Shown here in pieces: positions 25,552-39,850 of a stretch of 64,000 nt of DNA. Source of the DNA: Octopus vulgaris (taxonomy: Eukaryota). The position numbers were made by a program, and so were the translations under genes. The stretch's first letter is position 1; every line of letters begins with the position of its first letter. The notes under the pieces are model-generated. The model worked only from the letters and a program-made list of their open reading frames with translations, did not search any database and was not told where the DNA came from. Where the stretch lies: the NCBI GenBank assembly GCA_951406725.2, contig OX597817.1:155930001-155994000 (forward strand), written 5' to 3'.

Positions 25552-27710
25552 ATATATATATATATATTTATGTATGTGTGTGTGTGTGTATGTATGTATG
25601 TATATGGTTGTGTGTCTGTGTTTGTCCCCCCAACATTGCTTGACAACCGATGCTGGTGTGTTTACGTCCCATAACCTAGCGGTTCGACAAAGGAGACTGG
25701 TAGAATAAGTACTAGGTTTAGATAGAATAAGTCCTGGGGTCGATTTGCTCGACTCGACTAAAGGCGGTGCTCCAGCACGGCCACAGTCAAATGACTGAAA
25801 CAAGTAAAAGAGAGTAAAGAGTATAGGCGCAAGGCCACGGACTTAGAAGAAAGGATTAAAAAGACCCCCAGTACTTGACTGGGATCTATTTGTTGACCCT
25901 GGTAAGAAGAAAACTGATCTTAATGGGATTTGAATCTCAGAACGCAAAGGAAGGTAACCATTTTTAACACCGATCTACCGATTCTACTACTCCACGAGAC
26001 TTGAGCGTTGGGGCATTCATCTAAGATCTGGAGATACATATATCTGGATGGTAAATACAGCAGTAGGTGGTATGTCATAGGTTTGTCAGACGGTTAAATG
26101 AAGAGTTGTATGAAATTTTTGGAGGAGGAATTATCTAACTGGGAAGGGAAGAGAGAGAGAGAGAGAGGAGAGAGAGAGGGAGAGAGAGAGGGAGAGAGAG
26201 AGAGAGAGGGAGAGGGAGAGAAGCTAACAAGGGAAGGGAAGAGAGGTTATAGGTGAAGTAAAATCAGACGATTGTGTAACAAGTTTAATGTAATTCAGAT
26301 TATATCGATTGTCACTACCATACAACCACCCTCACTACTACCAGAAAAAGTCACTATCACGACGACCACCACTAAAACCACGTCAAAGCCACCACAACCA
26401 CCAAATGCCATTATTGCTACCATTATTACCTTCAATGCCAACATTATTACTATCAACATGTATCGTAAGAACCTCTCCATGCTCACTGAAACTGTTAAAT
26501 GTAGCAGTCAAATCTCTCTACAAGCTTAAAGAAGGAAAAAAGTGGATGATTTAAGTTCAAGATTCGTCATGTTGGAAAAACGATAGGATGGTCACATCTG
26601 GACCACTTCTAGTCGCAGGTCTACTCGATCAGGTCTGACCTGGTGCTAGATTATAGCGTAATTACCGCAAACAGCAGTAGCTTTCTTCAACCGAATACAC
26701 GTCGTTGATTGGTTGAAATTACCCAAATGCGACAACTTTAACACGAAATAACTTCTAAAATGCGAAATCTACCAGTATTCGAAGTTTCAAACTGTTTTGT
26801 TAAAAAAAAAATTAATTAAAAAATCTGTGATTGAGATGGAATAGATCCGACACGAAAATGTCGCCAAGTTACCATCACAACTACCATCACAACTACCATC
26901 ATCACCGCCATCACCACTACCACCATTATATCTTTTAGATATACAAACAGCTTGTGGCTTACTTTATCGTTGGATCTCTCGATTTTTATTCAGTTCTCTC
27001 TGGGTTTTTTTTTACATTCTTTTTTCAATCAATGTTCTATTTAACCCCATATAAATTCCTATCCAGTTCTTACTATTTCTCCATCTGCCATTCTTATTTT
27101 CATGTAATTCAAAACCTTCTCTCTGTCTCTCTATCTATCTCTTTCTCTCTGTCTATCTCTCATTCTCTCTTTCTTTTTCTCCTTTCTCTCTTTCCCTCTA
27201 TTTATATCTCTCTCTCGCCACATCCTCAGCTTCTATTAACTCACCCTTAAAGATTATACTCAAATTTCTAACCTTTCACCTCATCCCTACCACTTTGCCT
27301 TATCTCTCAATCTCAACTGCATTTCGCTTTTCCTCCATCTCTTCTCCTTCAACCAGTTTCCCTCTCTGCCCCTCCACACTTTCACTCTCTCACACTCTCA
27401 GGCTCCCTTATTATCCATTTAACTTCCTCTCACCTTCTCATCTTCCATTCCTTATTCTTTCTCTCATCTCTATCTTACACTTATATATTTATCACCGTAC
27501 CAAATCTTTTCTCCCCTCCCTTTCTTTTCTATCACTCTATCTTTATCACTCACAACCTTTGCTTTTTTTCTCACTCTCTATCACTCACACACACACACTT
27601 TACTCTTCTCTCACCACTTCTTTTTTCAACCTTCATTCATCTGCTTCCACTTCCCTATATATCTCTTCTGCGAATGTCTCCCATTCACTCACTTTATGTG
27701 CGCGTGTGTA

Positions 27711-27764
<54 letters not shown>

Positions 27765-27987
27765 GAAAGAGAAGGAGAGAGAGAGAGAATGATAGATATA
27801 TAAATATATGTACATATATAGGTTAAAGTAAAAAGGAGAGGCAAGTAAATTAGCAAGTCCTGACAAGGGCATTTAATTTAATTTAGTTATATAATGAAGA
27901 GTAGAGATAGTCTCTGACAGCTGTTTCTGGGATATCCCAGCTTTTGGAACATCGTGCAGAGCGAAGACTCCATAAGCTGAGTATACC

Positions 27988-28390
27988 TATTTCTTTACTA
28001 CCCACAAGGGGCTAGACACAGAGAGGACAAACAAGGACAGACAAACGGATTACGTCGATTACATCGACCCCAGTGCGTAACTGGTACTTACTTTATCGAC
28101 CCCGAAAGGATGAGAGGCAAAATCGACCTCAGCGGAATTTGAACTCAGAACGCAACGGCAGACGAAATACCTATTTCTTTACTACCCACAAGGGGCTAAA
28201 CACAGAGGGGACAAACGGATTAAGTCGATTACATCGACCCCAGTGCGTAACTGGTACTTATTTAATCGATCCCGAAAGGATGAAAGGCAAAGTCGACCTC
28301 GGCGGAATTTGAACACAGAACGTAGCGGCAGACGAAATACCGCTACGCATTTCGCCAGGCGTGCTAACGTTTCTGCCAGCTCGCCGCCTT
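27988..28390 (-). mobile_element. SINE B dimer with 15-bp target-site duplication
   Basis: TAAGCTGAGTATACC at 27973-27987 and 28391-28405. Confidence 0.93.
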
Positions 28391-29224
28391 TAAGCTGAGT
28401 ATACCGTTATCGGTGAGAGATAGATAGGAGATAGGTTAAACATATGCAACAGAGAAATAAAAGTTCCTCATCAATGATAGTTGCTTGGGAGGAGATATCC
28501 ACATAAGCCCAGTTAAATCCAGTGAGATTGGCTATTCGTTAAATAAATCCATGATCAGAGAGAATGGTTAGATAGTAATCCATAGTGAAGGGGAAATGGA
28601 TGCTAGCAATTCCAAAGTTGGACAAATACTAGGAGGAGGAAGTACACTCTGGCTGGGAGAGAGACAGGGTCGATTCATTCGACTAAAATTCTTCAAAGCA
28701 CTGCCTCAGTCTAATGATTGAAGCGAGTAAAAGATAAAAGATATAATACACACACACACTCACACTCACACATACACACACACACACATATACACACACG
28801 ACGAGGTTCCTTCAGTTTTCGTCTATCAAATCCACTGACATGGCTTTATTCGGCCCGAGGCTAGAGTAGAAGATACTTGCCCAAGGTGCCACAAAGTGGA
28901 AATGAACCCGGTACCATATGGTTTGGAAGCGAACTTTTTATCACACAGCCACTCCTGGTTTCGAAGTTACTCACTTGATGTGCAGCTATATAGCAGCTGC
29001 TGGATCATATATTTAATATAATTATATAATAGTATGATATGGGAAAGTCAGCAACTAACGGGTGCTAGCAATGCACAGAAATAATAGCTGTGTTTAGCGA
29101 TTATAACCTGTACATTACATCTTCCTCTTTTGTAACCTTTTTATATACATTTCACTTTATCCAGTAAAAGAGATAACCCTAATGTATGATGGCATATAGT
29201 AGCTGGTAACAGTATAAACGTCAC

Positions 29225-29500
29225 CTTTTTCAAGCCTAGCCAGGTTCATGGGCCCGGTTTCCCGGTTTCTGTGGGGTATGAATTCCCCCCAACTGGACGG
29301 GAAGCCAGTCCATCGCAGCGTTACTCAAGAAACAGGAAGAGAGAAAGTTGTGTCGGAGCCTCGTGGAGCTTTTAGGTGTTTTTGCTCAATAAACACACAC
29401 AACGCCCAGTCTGGGAATCGAAACCGCGTTCCTCCGACCGCGAGTCCGCTGTCCTCCGACCGCGAGTCCGCTGTCCTAACCACTGGGCCATTGCGCCTCC
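29225..29500 (-). mobile_element. SINE family C head with alternative tail (internally deleted)
   Basis: C head plus GCGATGGACTGGCTTCCCGTCCAG...GAAACCGGGAAACCGGGCCC tail. Confidence 0.82.
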
Positions 29501-29552
29501 GGTTAACAGTATAGGAGCTTTAAAATGCAAGTTATGAGGGGATATTAAATAT

Positions 29553-29609
<57 letters not shown>

Positions 29610-29959
29610 TGTGTGTGTGTGTGTGTGTATGTGTGTGTGTGGGGGGGGGGGGGGTAAAAGAGCACAAATGGAACGAGGGGAAAAGAGACGGACAAATAGG
29701 AATTAGATATCGAGAATCTATATCTTACAAACGTGATTCGTCATAGCTGCCATATATTTCACTTACTGCGAATTTTTCATCCAGTAAAATTCTTCATACG
29801 TTTGTAATAGCTCGCACTGTGCGAAATATACGGCCATTTGTCACGAATCATTTAAAATTTAATATATCTACGCTCATCCCATTACCGCGCATTCATTTAT
29901 TCCAAACATTTACACAGAATAAGGTTTCTTACTTTTAGTTTTTTTTTCCTCTCCTTCAT

Positions 29960-30700
29960 TTCCTCACTCTCCTAACCCTTCACTCCTTCACTATTTCACT
30001 CTGTCACTTCTTTACTCTCTCCCTCACTTATTCTTTCTTTCCCTCACTCGTTTGCTCGTTCGCGCACGTACTCATTCACTTACTCAGGCCTTCACTCTTT
30101 TACTCACCCGGCACTCTCTTATTCCATTCACTAAATCCATCCTTCACTCAGTCCTTCATTTACTCATTTTTTTCATTTACTCATTCACTCACTCGCTCTC
30201 TCGATCACTCATTCATTTATTCACTCACGCCTTACTCACTCGCTCTTTTATGCCTTCCTTCACCCACATCATTCACTCACTCACTCACTCCTTCACTCAC
30301 TCACTCCTTCACTCACTCCTTCACTCACTCACTCACTCACTCCTTCACTCACTCCTTCACTCACTCACTCACTCACTCCTTCACTCACTCCTTCACTCAC
30401 TCCTTCACTCACTCACTCACTCACTCCTTCACTCACTCACTCACTCACTCACTCACTCCTTCACTCACTCATACACTCACTCATTCCACACCCATTTATT
30501 CCCTCCTTCACTCACTCACTCTTTCCCTTTTTGCTTCACTCACTCCTTCCCGCTTTCCTTCACTCACTCCATCTCTTACTCCTTAACCCGTCCATTTCCT
30601 CCCTCCTACAGTCACTCACTCACTCACTCACTCCTTGGCCCCTCTCTCATTCCCTCATTCCTTCCTTCCTCCCTCCCTCCCTCCCTCACTCACTCACTCT
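29960..30700. repeat. Degenerate (TCAC)n / (TCACTCCT)n pyrimidine-rich repeat
   Basis: Direct inspection; explains the 272-aa ORF. Confidence 0.93.
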
Positions 30701-31923
30701 TCGTTTTCTCCCTTATCGCCTCCCGATGTTTTCAAGGTTCTCCCGCCCTTCCCTTAACCTTACTCATCCGCCCACAGAAATACCGTCGTCAGCTTCCTAA
30801 GTTCTCTTCTTACACCACACCTTTCGGACGGACCTCGATAAATACCCCTTCATGTGAGCAAGCTAACTGAGAAAGAAGCCGACCATATGTTTATTTTAAA
30901 TTAGTCGGATTCATATGTTAATGTTCTTTTTTTTTTTTACCATCCTTTTTATGGTACACACTCATAAGAAATTCAGAAAGTTACAACACATTTTGAAGAA
31001 TGTTTAGAGAATAAATAAATCCCGTAAATCTATAATTCTAATAACTCTTAAAACTTCTAAATTTCTTTTCTAAACGAAGGAGGACTATCATCGGTCGGTC
31101 GTCTGCCTTTTCCAGTTAGTTGTCTGTTTTGCGGTGAAGAGGGAACTTTGTCTCCTCTTTGCCATATATAGTTGTGTTTACATATCTTCACTCTTTTTCT
31201 TCACTAAATATGGTGCTACTCATTCGACTGTTGATATCAGTCAAAGAAAGAGGGAGAGAGAGGGAGGCAAAGAAGAGGAAGACAGAGAGCTAGAGAGAGA
31301 AAGGGAATGAAAAAGTGAGATACAGAGAGAAAAGCGGTAAGTTAAAAATGAAAATATTAAAAAATTAGATATATAACAATTAAATAATAAATAATAAAAT
31401 AAATTGACTGACTGTCGAAAAGAAAATACTTCGTAAGATATTTGAATGAAATATATTTATTTTGCGTTGAGGCTCGGTGAAATAATAACGAAAATAAATA
31501 TTTTTCTGAAAGCCTTATAAGCACCCGTCTTGTGGAGTCACGAGAGATGTATTTATAACAAGCGAAAGACGTCTCCTTCGATTAACTATGGTTTCAGGAT
31601 GGACTAAATTAAATGCTGCTGCTACTGCAAAGTTTGAAGTTTTAAGTTCACTGACAAGCGTAATATTTTCCTATGTAATATTAGCAAAATTAAATAAATA
31701 AATAAATAAATAAATAAGAAGGAAAGAAAGAATGAATGACTGAAAGAAAAAGAAAGAAAGAAAGAAAGAAAGAAAGGAAGAGGCGTCCGACATGTTTTGT
31801 AGTATTTAATTACATATGTCGATTGAGTTCAAACTCTGCCAGCAGTGATGGGAATGGAGGTGAGGTACGCAGGGGTACGGTGTTCCTCCACTTTTCAGCT
31901 CACGGGGAAGGGTTGGCTTAGGG

Positions 31924-32148
31924 CAGGGGTGGGCAAACTACGGCCTGCGGGCCGATTGCGGCCCGCCATAGGTTTTCATGCGGCCCGCCGAGAGCTTTTA
32001 TGAATCCCAACTTCTATGCAGATACTTCGTAACTGTTTCAGTTGTACGGTAATTCACAATATTTTCACTTGATTTTTATAAATGAGGCCCGCCAGGGTTC
32101 CAAAGACGCACTGTGCGGCCCGCGATCAAAAAAGTTCGCCCACCCCTG
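31924..32148. mobile_element. hAT-family MITE
   Basis: TIR CAGGGGTGGGCAAACT / AGTTCGCCCACCCCTG; perfect 8-bp TSD GCTTAGGG at 31916-31923 and 32149-32156; subterminal GCGGCCC motifs. Confidence 0.95.
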
Positions 32149-32699
32149 GCTTAGGGTGTCTTGTCCACCTTCCCAGCTTCAGTCTCTCGGCCTTAGCATA
32201 CTCCTAATTCCTAATACCTACTTCCATCACTGCCTGCTCGTATCATCTTTCGTCTTTATTCTTCTATTATCTCTTTCTTTACTACCCACAAGGGGCTCAA
32301 CACAGAGAGGACAAACAATGACAGACAAACAGATTAAGTCGATTATATCGACCCTAGTACGTAACTGGTACTTATTTAATCGACCCCGAAAGGATGAAAG
32401 GCCAGCAAGTTTGTAACCCAGGCCAGTGACATCGTATAATTTAGTCTTGGATATCGTTCCCCCCCCCAAAAGGATAGTCACAGCTGTATTGACTTTGTTT
32501 ATAGGTCTACTTAATTAGACTTAATTTGGGGATTAACACACATACGTGTTTCAAATAAAATATGGTTACAGATATGAACGTTATAGGAAACAGAATCCCT
32601 CAAAATTAGTACCTCGTGAAAATCGAGCCCCCATATGCATGCTCGTTTCCACCAGTTTGGTGGAGCCAGTAGCATGGGTTATAAAGGGACTCTTAATGT

Positions 32700-33191
32700 T
32701 TTCAACAATAGGCACAAGTCCTGAAATTTTGTGGGAGGGAGCTAGTCGATCACATCGACCCCAATGCTCGATTGGGATTTATTTATTTTAGCGACCCTGA
32801 AAAAATGAAAATCAAAATCGACGTCGGCGGAATTTGAACTCCGAATGTAAAACCGAAAGAAATGCCGATAACTATTTTCTTCGGCACGCTAATGATTCTT
32901 ATTTCTTTACTACCCACAAGGGGCTAAACATAGAGGGGACAAACGGATTAAGTCGATTACATCGACACTAGTGCGTAATTGGTACTTAATTTATCGACCC
33001 CGAAAGGATGAAAGGCAAAGTTCGACCTCGGCGGAATTTGAACTCCGAACGTAGCTGCAGACGAAATACCTATTTCTTTACTACCCACAAGGGGCTAAAC
33101 ACAGAGAGGACAAACAAGGACAGATAAACGGATTAAGTCGATTGCTTCGACCCCAGTGCGTAACGCTAATGATTCTGCCAGTTTACCGCCT
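32700..33191 (-). mobile_element. SINE B multimer
   Basis: Repeated core and tail units. Confidence 0.85.
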
Positions 33192-33723
33192 TAAAGAGAT
33201 TCTAAATTTTTTTAAAAATCTATTTTTATCGAACTGTCAATATTTTTATGGATTCTTCTGCGTATTTGAAAAGCCAGTATGCGATCAGCTAGCATGGAGG
33301 AATGGGTTGGCACACACAAGCTGGTCACCATTGATTTTCTAGATGCGTATTCCATTATAAAGTCAAATTATAATTATTTTATGGATCCAACAGTATTATT
33401 TGAAGGACCAAGGTATAATAGACCAGCTAGAGCGGTGGTAGCAGGAAGCTAATTGAGTTAAATGCGAATTCTGCTATTTATTATCTTATATAAACCTTGA
33501 CATTTGCCTGCTGTCCGACATGTTTGAGATATTTATAAAGTTAACCATGAAAAAGCGATGACTAGTACGTCATAAATTGTGGTAAATTTGAATATATAGA
33601 GATCTTGCATACTTTTTAAACCAATCCTAAAAATGCAAAGCTTATATGCCAAGAATATTACGAGAATTCACAAACATATATATAGCCTTGTTACTTCACT
33701 AATTAAATTATTTTCTCAATATT

Positions 33724-33902
33724 AGGCGTAGTTGTGGTTGTGAAGTATGACATTTGCTCCCAACCACATGGTTCCTGGTTCAATCCCACTGCGTAGCACT
33801 TTGGGCAAGTGTCTCCCACTATAGCCTCGGGCCGACCAAAGCTTTGGATTTGGTAAAAGGGAACTAAAAGAAGTCCGTCGTACACACACACACACATACA
33901 CA

Positions 33903-33936
<34 letters not shown>

Positions 33937-34140
33937 TATGGGTGTGTGTATTTGTGTGTGTGTGTGTCTCCCACCATCGCCTGAAAACCGGTGATGGTGT
34001 ATTTACACTCCCGTAACTTAGCACTTCGGCAAAAGAGACCGAAAGAATTAATACCAAGCTTAAATAAAAGTACTGGGATCGATTCGTTCGACAAGGCGAT
34101 GCCCCAGCTTGACCACAGTCAAATGTAAGAAACAAGTAAA
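33724..34140 (+). mobile_element. Diverged SINE A
   Basis: Homology to 62638-63040. Confidence 0.8.
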
Positions 34141-34365
34141 AAATGAATGATGTTAATTTGATAATTATTTTCTTAATACACAAGCTTAATAAATGTAAAT
34201 TTGCTTTTTGTTTTGGTCTAACCATGAACATTTTAAATTATTTCTGCAATAGCTTTACTAAACAACAATAAATTCAAGTAGAAATTGTACATAATAGGTT
34301 TTTACACGTTTAAAAATCTCGATCTGATTAAAGGGTGAAATTTAACGCATTACCGGTAATAATCT

Positions 34366-34925
34366 GGCTGGCAGAAACATTAGCACGCCGGGCGAAATGC
34401 TTAGCCGTATTTCGTCTGCGTTACGTTGTGAGTTCAAATTCCGTCGAGGAATTGCCTTTCATCCTTTCGGGGTCGATAAATTAAGTACCAGTTACGCACT
34501 GGAGTCGATATAATCGACTTAATACCTATGTCTGTCCTTGTTTGTCCCCTCTATGTTTAGCCCCTTGTGGGTAATAAAGAAATATGTATTTCGTCTGTCT
34601 TTACATTCTGAGTTCAAATTCCGCCGAGGTCGACTTTGCCTTTCATCCTTTCGGGGTCGTTTAAATAAGTACCAATTACGCACTGGAGTCGATATAATCG
34701 ACTTAATCCGTTTGTCTGTCCCCTCTGTGTTTAGCTCCTTGTAGGTAGTAAAGAAATAGTAATTTCGTCCGTGGCTACGTTCTGAGTGCAATCTCCGCCG
34801 AGGTCAACTTTGCCTTTCATCCTTTCGGGGTCGATAAATTAAGTACCAGTTGAACATTGGGGTTGATGTAATCGACTAGTCACTTCCCCCAAAATGTTAG
34901 GCTTTGTGCCCATAATAGAAAGGAT
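34366..34925 (+). mobile_element. SINE B trimer
   Basis: One head followed by three bodies. Confidence 0.88.
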
Positions 34926-35554
34926 ATTAGTAATAATCTGATTCGTTCAGCTGATCATATTTATGATGAAAATAATAATTTCGATCAATCATTGCTTGAC
35001 ATGTTTAATGCATCGAAATAAAAAAAAAATAGAATCACAAGTCTCTTTATTAATATCTATCAGCAATTTAATTATTGCAATTTGTTTAATTTAAAAGTAT
35101 AATAGTTCTCGGAAGTAATCCGAATTTTACATCAAACCCCAAACGACTAGTCGTCCATGAAAGTTAAAAGCAGTAATTACACTATTAATAGTAGAGTAAA
35201 CGTAGAATCACTGAATCGGAATTGATAACTTGGATTTGCAAACATTTAATTTAGAATGTATTGGATCTCAGAAGCATTGCGCGTATTGTATTAATTCTAA
35301 ATACCAAATACCCAGTCATTCATTAAAGTTGGAAATATTACAGTACTAATATAATTCTTTCTAGTATAAGGCTAGCAATTTTGAAGAGAGAAGGAAGTCG
35401 ATTTACTCATTTGTACTTATTTTATCGATCCCGAGAAAATGAAAGGCAAAGTCGACCTTGGTAACATTTGAACTCAGAGCGTAAAGGGTCAGAAGAAATG
35501 GTGGTTAATAACTTTTGTTCAGAGTAGTAACGACTCTGCCAGCTCTCCGCCTTG

Positions 35555-35940
35555 GATGGAAGCACTCCGTCGGTTACGACGACGAGGGTTCCAGTTGATC
35601 CGATCAACGGAACAGCCTGCTCGTGAAATTAACGTGCAAGTGGCTGAGCATTCCACAGACACGTGTACCCTTAACGTAGTTCTCGGGGATATTCAGCGTG
35701 ACACAGAGAGTGACAAGGCCGGCCCTTTGAAATACAGGTACAACAGAAACAAGGAGTAAGAGTGAGAGAAAGTTGTGGTGAAAGAGTACAGCAGGGATCA
35801 CCACCATCCCCTGCCGGAACCTCATGGAGCTTTAGGTGTTTTCGCTCAATAAACACTCACAACGCCCGGTCTGGGAATCGGGACCGCGATCCTACGACCG
35901 CGAGTCCGCTGTCCTAACCAATGGGCCATTGCGCCTCCAC
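35555..35940 (-). mobile_element. SINE family C, full length
   Basis: Near-identical to the 40305 and 56319 copies; TCTCCGCCTT flanks both sides. Confidence 0.92.
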
Positions 35941-36709
35941 TTCTCCGCCTTATAGTACTATTATAATAATTTCAATTTTTGGCGCAGGGCCAGCTGCTTT
36001 TGAGAAGGTGAGTAAATCGATTACATCGATCTCAACACTTGACTGGTACTTATTTCGTCGACCCCGAAAGGATGTAAGACAAAGTCAAGCTCGGCAGAAT
36101 TTCATCCCAGAACATAAAGACGGACGAAACTTCGCTGAACATTTTGTCTGGCGCGCTAACGGCGCTGCCACCTTAAGTAAAGTAGACCTCGGAGAAATTT
36201 GAACTCAGAATGTACAGAGCCGGGAGAAATGCCTTCAAGCATTTTTTCTGAGCGCTAACGATTCGTCCAGCTCGCTTTCTTTTATAGGATTATTATAAAA
36301 CATTCAGTGTTGGGTCCTTGAAAAATAGGGTTGCCATGTCTGAATAGTCAGAATCCAGGATACCTCCACAATCAGTGACCACGATCCCCCTCGCCGCATC
36401 CAACACACAGCTTTTGGTGTTATAGAAAAGCAGCTCTAGTATGTAAGCATTACATTACATAGACCAGGCAAGATAGCTCGCATGGGAATCACCGAAAATA
36501 GACGGCATCGATGTTTCGTCATTACTGTGGCTTATCAATACCAGGTACTCGGATCATCTGGAAACGAAGTGAATCGCTGCTCTATAATTTATATGCAAAT
36601 ACACTGAAGTCTATTTGCTGGTGTGCTACAGCGTGGCATATGTGAAAGTAAATTGAATTACGAATTAAAAGCAGCTCTAGTAATATGAACATTATCAGTT
36701 GCACATATA

Positions 36710-37107
36710 TCTTTATATATAAAAGAGAAGTTGTGTGTCTATCTCCTACGATTTAGATTCCTAACTACTCCCACATTTTGCGGTGCACTTTAACCCAAAC
36801 CGGGTATCTTATAGTCGTGTTTCATATCGAGCCCTTCTGGGTATTAGCGCGCGTCTACGATGAGTCTACGATTTAAAAAAAAAAATTTACCATCATTTTT
36901 TCCCATTTTAATGTATTTTTTCGCTATTATATAAGGGAAGTAACTCTCTAAAAATGTCTACGATGAGTCAACGATTAAAAAAAAATTTACCATCATTTTT
37001 TTCCATTTTTAATGCATTTTTTTGCTATTTTTTGGCTATAACTCTCTAAAAATGCTTATATAGTTATTTCCCTTACAAACCCGAGCAACGCCGGGTGATA
37101 CTGCTAG
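36710..37107 (+). mobile_element. Non-autonomous Helitron
   Basis: A|TC...hairpin...CTAG|T; near-identical to 20475-20870. Confidence 0.88.
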
Positions 37108-37564
37108 TAGTGTATATATTTTGTTTATACGTCAAGTTTGCTGCGGGATAACGTCTAGGGAAAGCTCCCTCCACGGCGCAGAGTGCTAAAGAACATCTGA
37201 ATGCAACGCCCATCGAAGTTCACGACATAACCGCTTTTGTCATCTCATTTTCTTATTACCGCTCTGTACTTGTTTAACACTTCATTCTGAAGCGTACATA
37301 TATTGTATATATGTGTGTATGTATGTATGTATGTATGTATGTATGTATGTATGTATGTATGTATGTATGTATGATGTATGTGTGTGTGTGTATGTATGTA
37401 TGTATGTATGTATGTATGTATGTATGATGTATGATGTATGTGTGTGTGTGTATGTATGTATATATGTGTATGTATGCATGTGAGTGTGTGTGTGTGTATG
37501 TATGTATGTATGTATGTATGTATGCATGTATGTATGTATGTATGTATGTATGTATGTATGTATG

Positions 37565-37598
<34 letters not shown>

Positions 37599-37691
37599 TG
37601 TATGTATGTATGTATGTATGTATGTATGCATGCATGCATGTATGTATGTGTGTATGTGTGTATGTGTGTATGTATGTATGTATGATGTATG

Positions 37692-37722
<31 letters not shown>

Positions 37723-37734
37723 TACTCACACAAG

Positions 37735-38077
37735 TAAAGACCTCCTTCGGCCATGAATGTCCATGAGATTGCACCGAGAAAGCTCCCCTCCGAGGCACAA
37801 GTCTGGGAAAGGTTGTTTATGGAAGACCGGCAGCCTCCACTCTCCCCCCCCCCCCCCGATGTGACCGAAGGGAAAGGCAAAGGGGCCGATACAGCTTGGC
37901 ACCAGTAACGTCGCAACTCATTTCTACAGATGAGAGAACTGAAGCAACGTGAAATAAAGTGTCTTGCTCAAGAACACAAACCACAACCTGGTTGGGGAAT
38001 CGAAGTCACTACCTCATGATTGCAAGTTGGATTACCTCATGATTGTGAGCCCTAACCACTGGGCCACGCGCCTTCAC
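37735..38077 (-). mobile_element. CORE-type SINE D
   Basis: Homology to 7961-8298. Confidence 0.82.
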
Positions 38078-38817
38078 TACACACACACACACACACACAC
38101 ACGTACGCACGCACATGTCTGTATAATAGTAAACTTCAAAGTGAGACGCGAAAGCGATTAGCACACACACACCTCTCCGTTAATCAAAATTATATGCTTG
38201 TGTACGCGTGTATGTGTGTACGCGTGTACGAGTTCATATCTTTGTATTCGTTGAACCTTTTCACAAGGTCCATTGTGAGACGTTCATCATTGCACTTGGA
38301 TAAACTGTGGCCTGTCACAGGCTGGAAACCCTTACCTCTTTACAATTGCTTTGTAACCTTCTGTTTTATTTAAGGATTATAAAAGCCCTTCTCTCAAGGT
38401 CCTCTCTTTATCACCTTAACTATACCCCCATCTCTATTCCTTTCTCCGTATTTCTTCAGCTTTCTCTGACGCATTTATTTTTCTTTCTAATGAATATCGA
38501 TTTTTTTCTGTCTGCATATTTTTTGTTTACATCTGTATATATATTGTCGATATAGTGTAGTTATTATTGTCCAATTATAGATTTTTTCCCTCCCTGTTAC
38601 TTAACTCTTCCACCACAAAAACTCATCTGCAATTTCTATTTTTAAAGAAGAGAAAATGGGAACAAAAAAAATCAACAGAATTTGAATGTGGTTGCTCGCA
38701 ATTCTAGAAATAGCAACCAAAATTATGCACCACCGGTTTAAAAGAACACATCAGACTGGATAATAGTCCTAAGTAACAGAAAAAGAAGAAGAAGAAGAAG
38801 AAGAAGAAGAAGAAGAA

Positions 38818-38849
<32 letters not shown>

Positions 38850-39130
38850 AGAGGAGGAAGAAGGGGAGGAGGAGGAAGAAGAAGAAGAAGAAGAAGAAGA
38901 AGAAAGATGAAGAAGAAGAAGGAGGAGGAGAAAAAGAAAAAGAAGAAGAAGAAGAGTGAGGATGATGATGATGAGGTGGTGGTGGAGGATGAGGTGGTGG
39001 TGGAGGAGGAGGAGGAGGAGGGGGGAGGTGGTAGTGGTGGTGGTAGTGGTGGTGGTGGAGGAGGTGGAGGATAGATGTGAACCCGGAACCATGTGGTTGA
39101 TAAGCAAGCTACTTACCACCCACTCCTACG

Positions 39131-39205
<75 letters not shown>

Positions 39206-39207
39206 GT

Positions 39208-39535
<328 letters not shown>

Positions 39536-39602
39536 TGTATACTGTCAATCTAGCCGTAGGAAGCATCGACGCCTCTACGAGAGATTTAGAAATTTAGTAT
39601 TT

Positions 39603-39645
<43 letters not shown>

Positions 39646-39836
39646 TTCCAGTCACCAACAAAAAAGCAGATAAACGTGTATGACACTGTATTACGTCGTG
39701 TTGCCTGTTTATGACAATCTATATCTATGCACGAGTACATCTGATTCATTCTCCGCTGAAAACCCAAATTGCTTTATATCTTGTACAAACAACGTAAAAA
39801 TAATAGAGACATTTTTCTTAATCGATACCATTAGCT

Positions 39837-39850
39837 GTTGTCATGGCAAC
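39837..39850. promoter_or_regulatory. RFX X-box-like motif GTTGTCATGGCAAC
   Basis: Fits the GTTNYCATRGNAAC consensus and lies in non-repetitive sequence. Confidence 0.35.

Larger units (their letters stand above)
23717..25820 (+). mobile_element. SINE A split by a LINE insertion (5' half 23717-23873, 3' half 25552-25820)
   Basis: Both halves are co-linear and same-strand either side of the LINE. Confidence 0.88.

Noticed and set aside
28073-28312. Recurrent peptides MRNWYL...RPRKDERQ and LPKVPRSGTEPGTMW
   Set aside because: Incidental translations of SINE B and SINE A
30052-30870. 272-aa HSL-repeat ORF
   Set aside because: Translation of the (TCAC)n repeat
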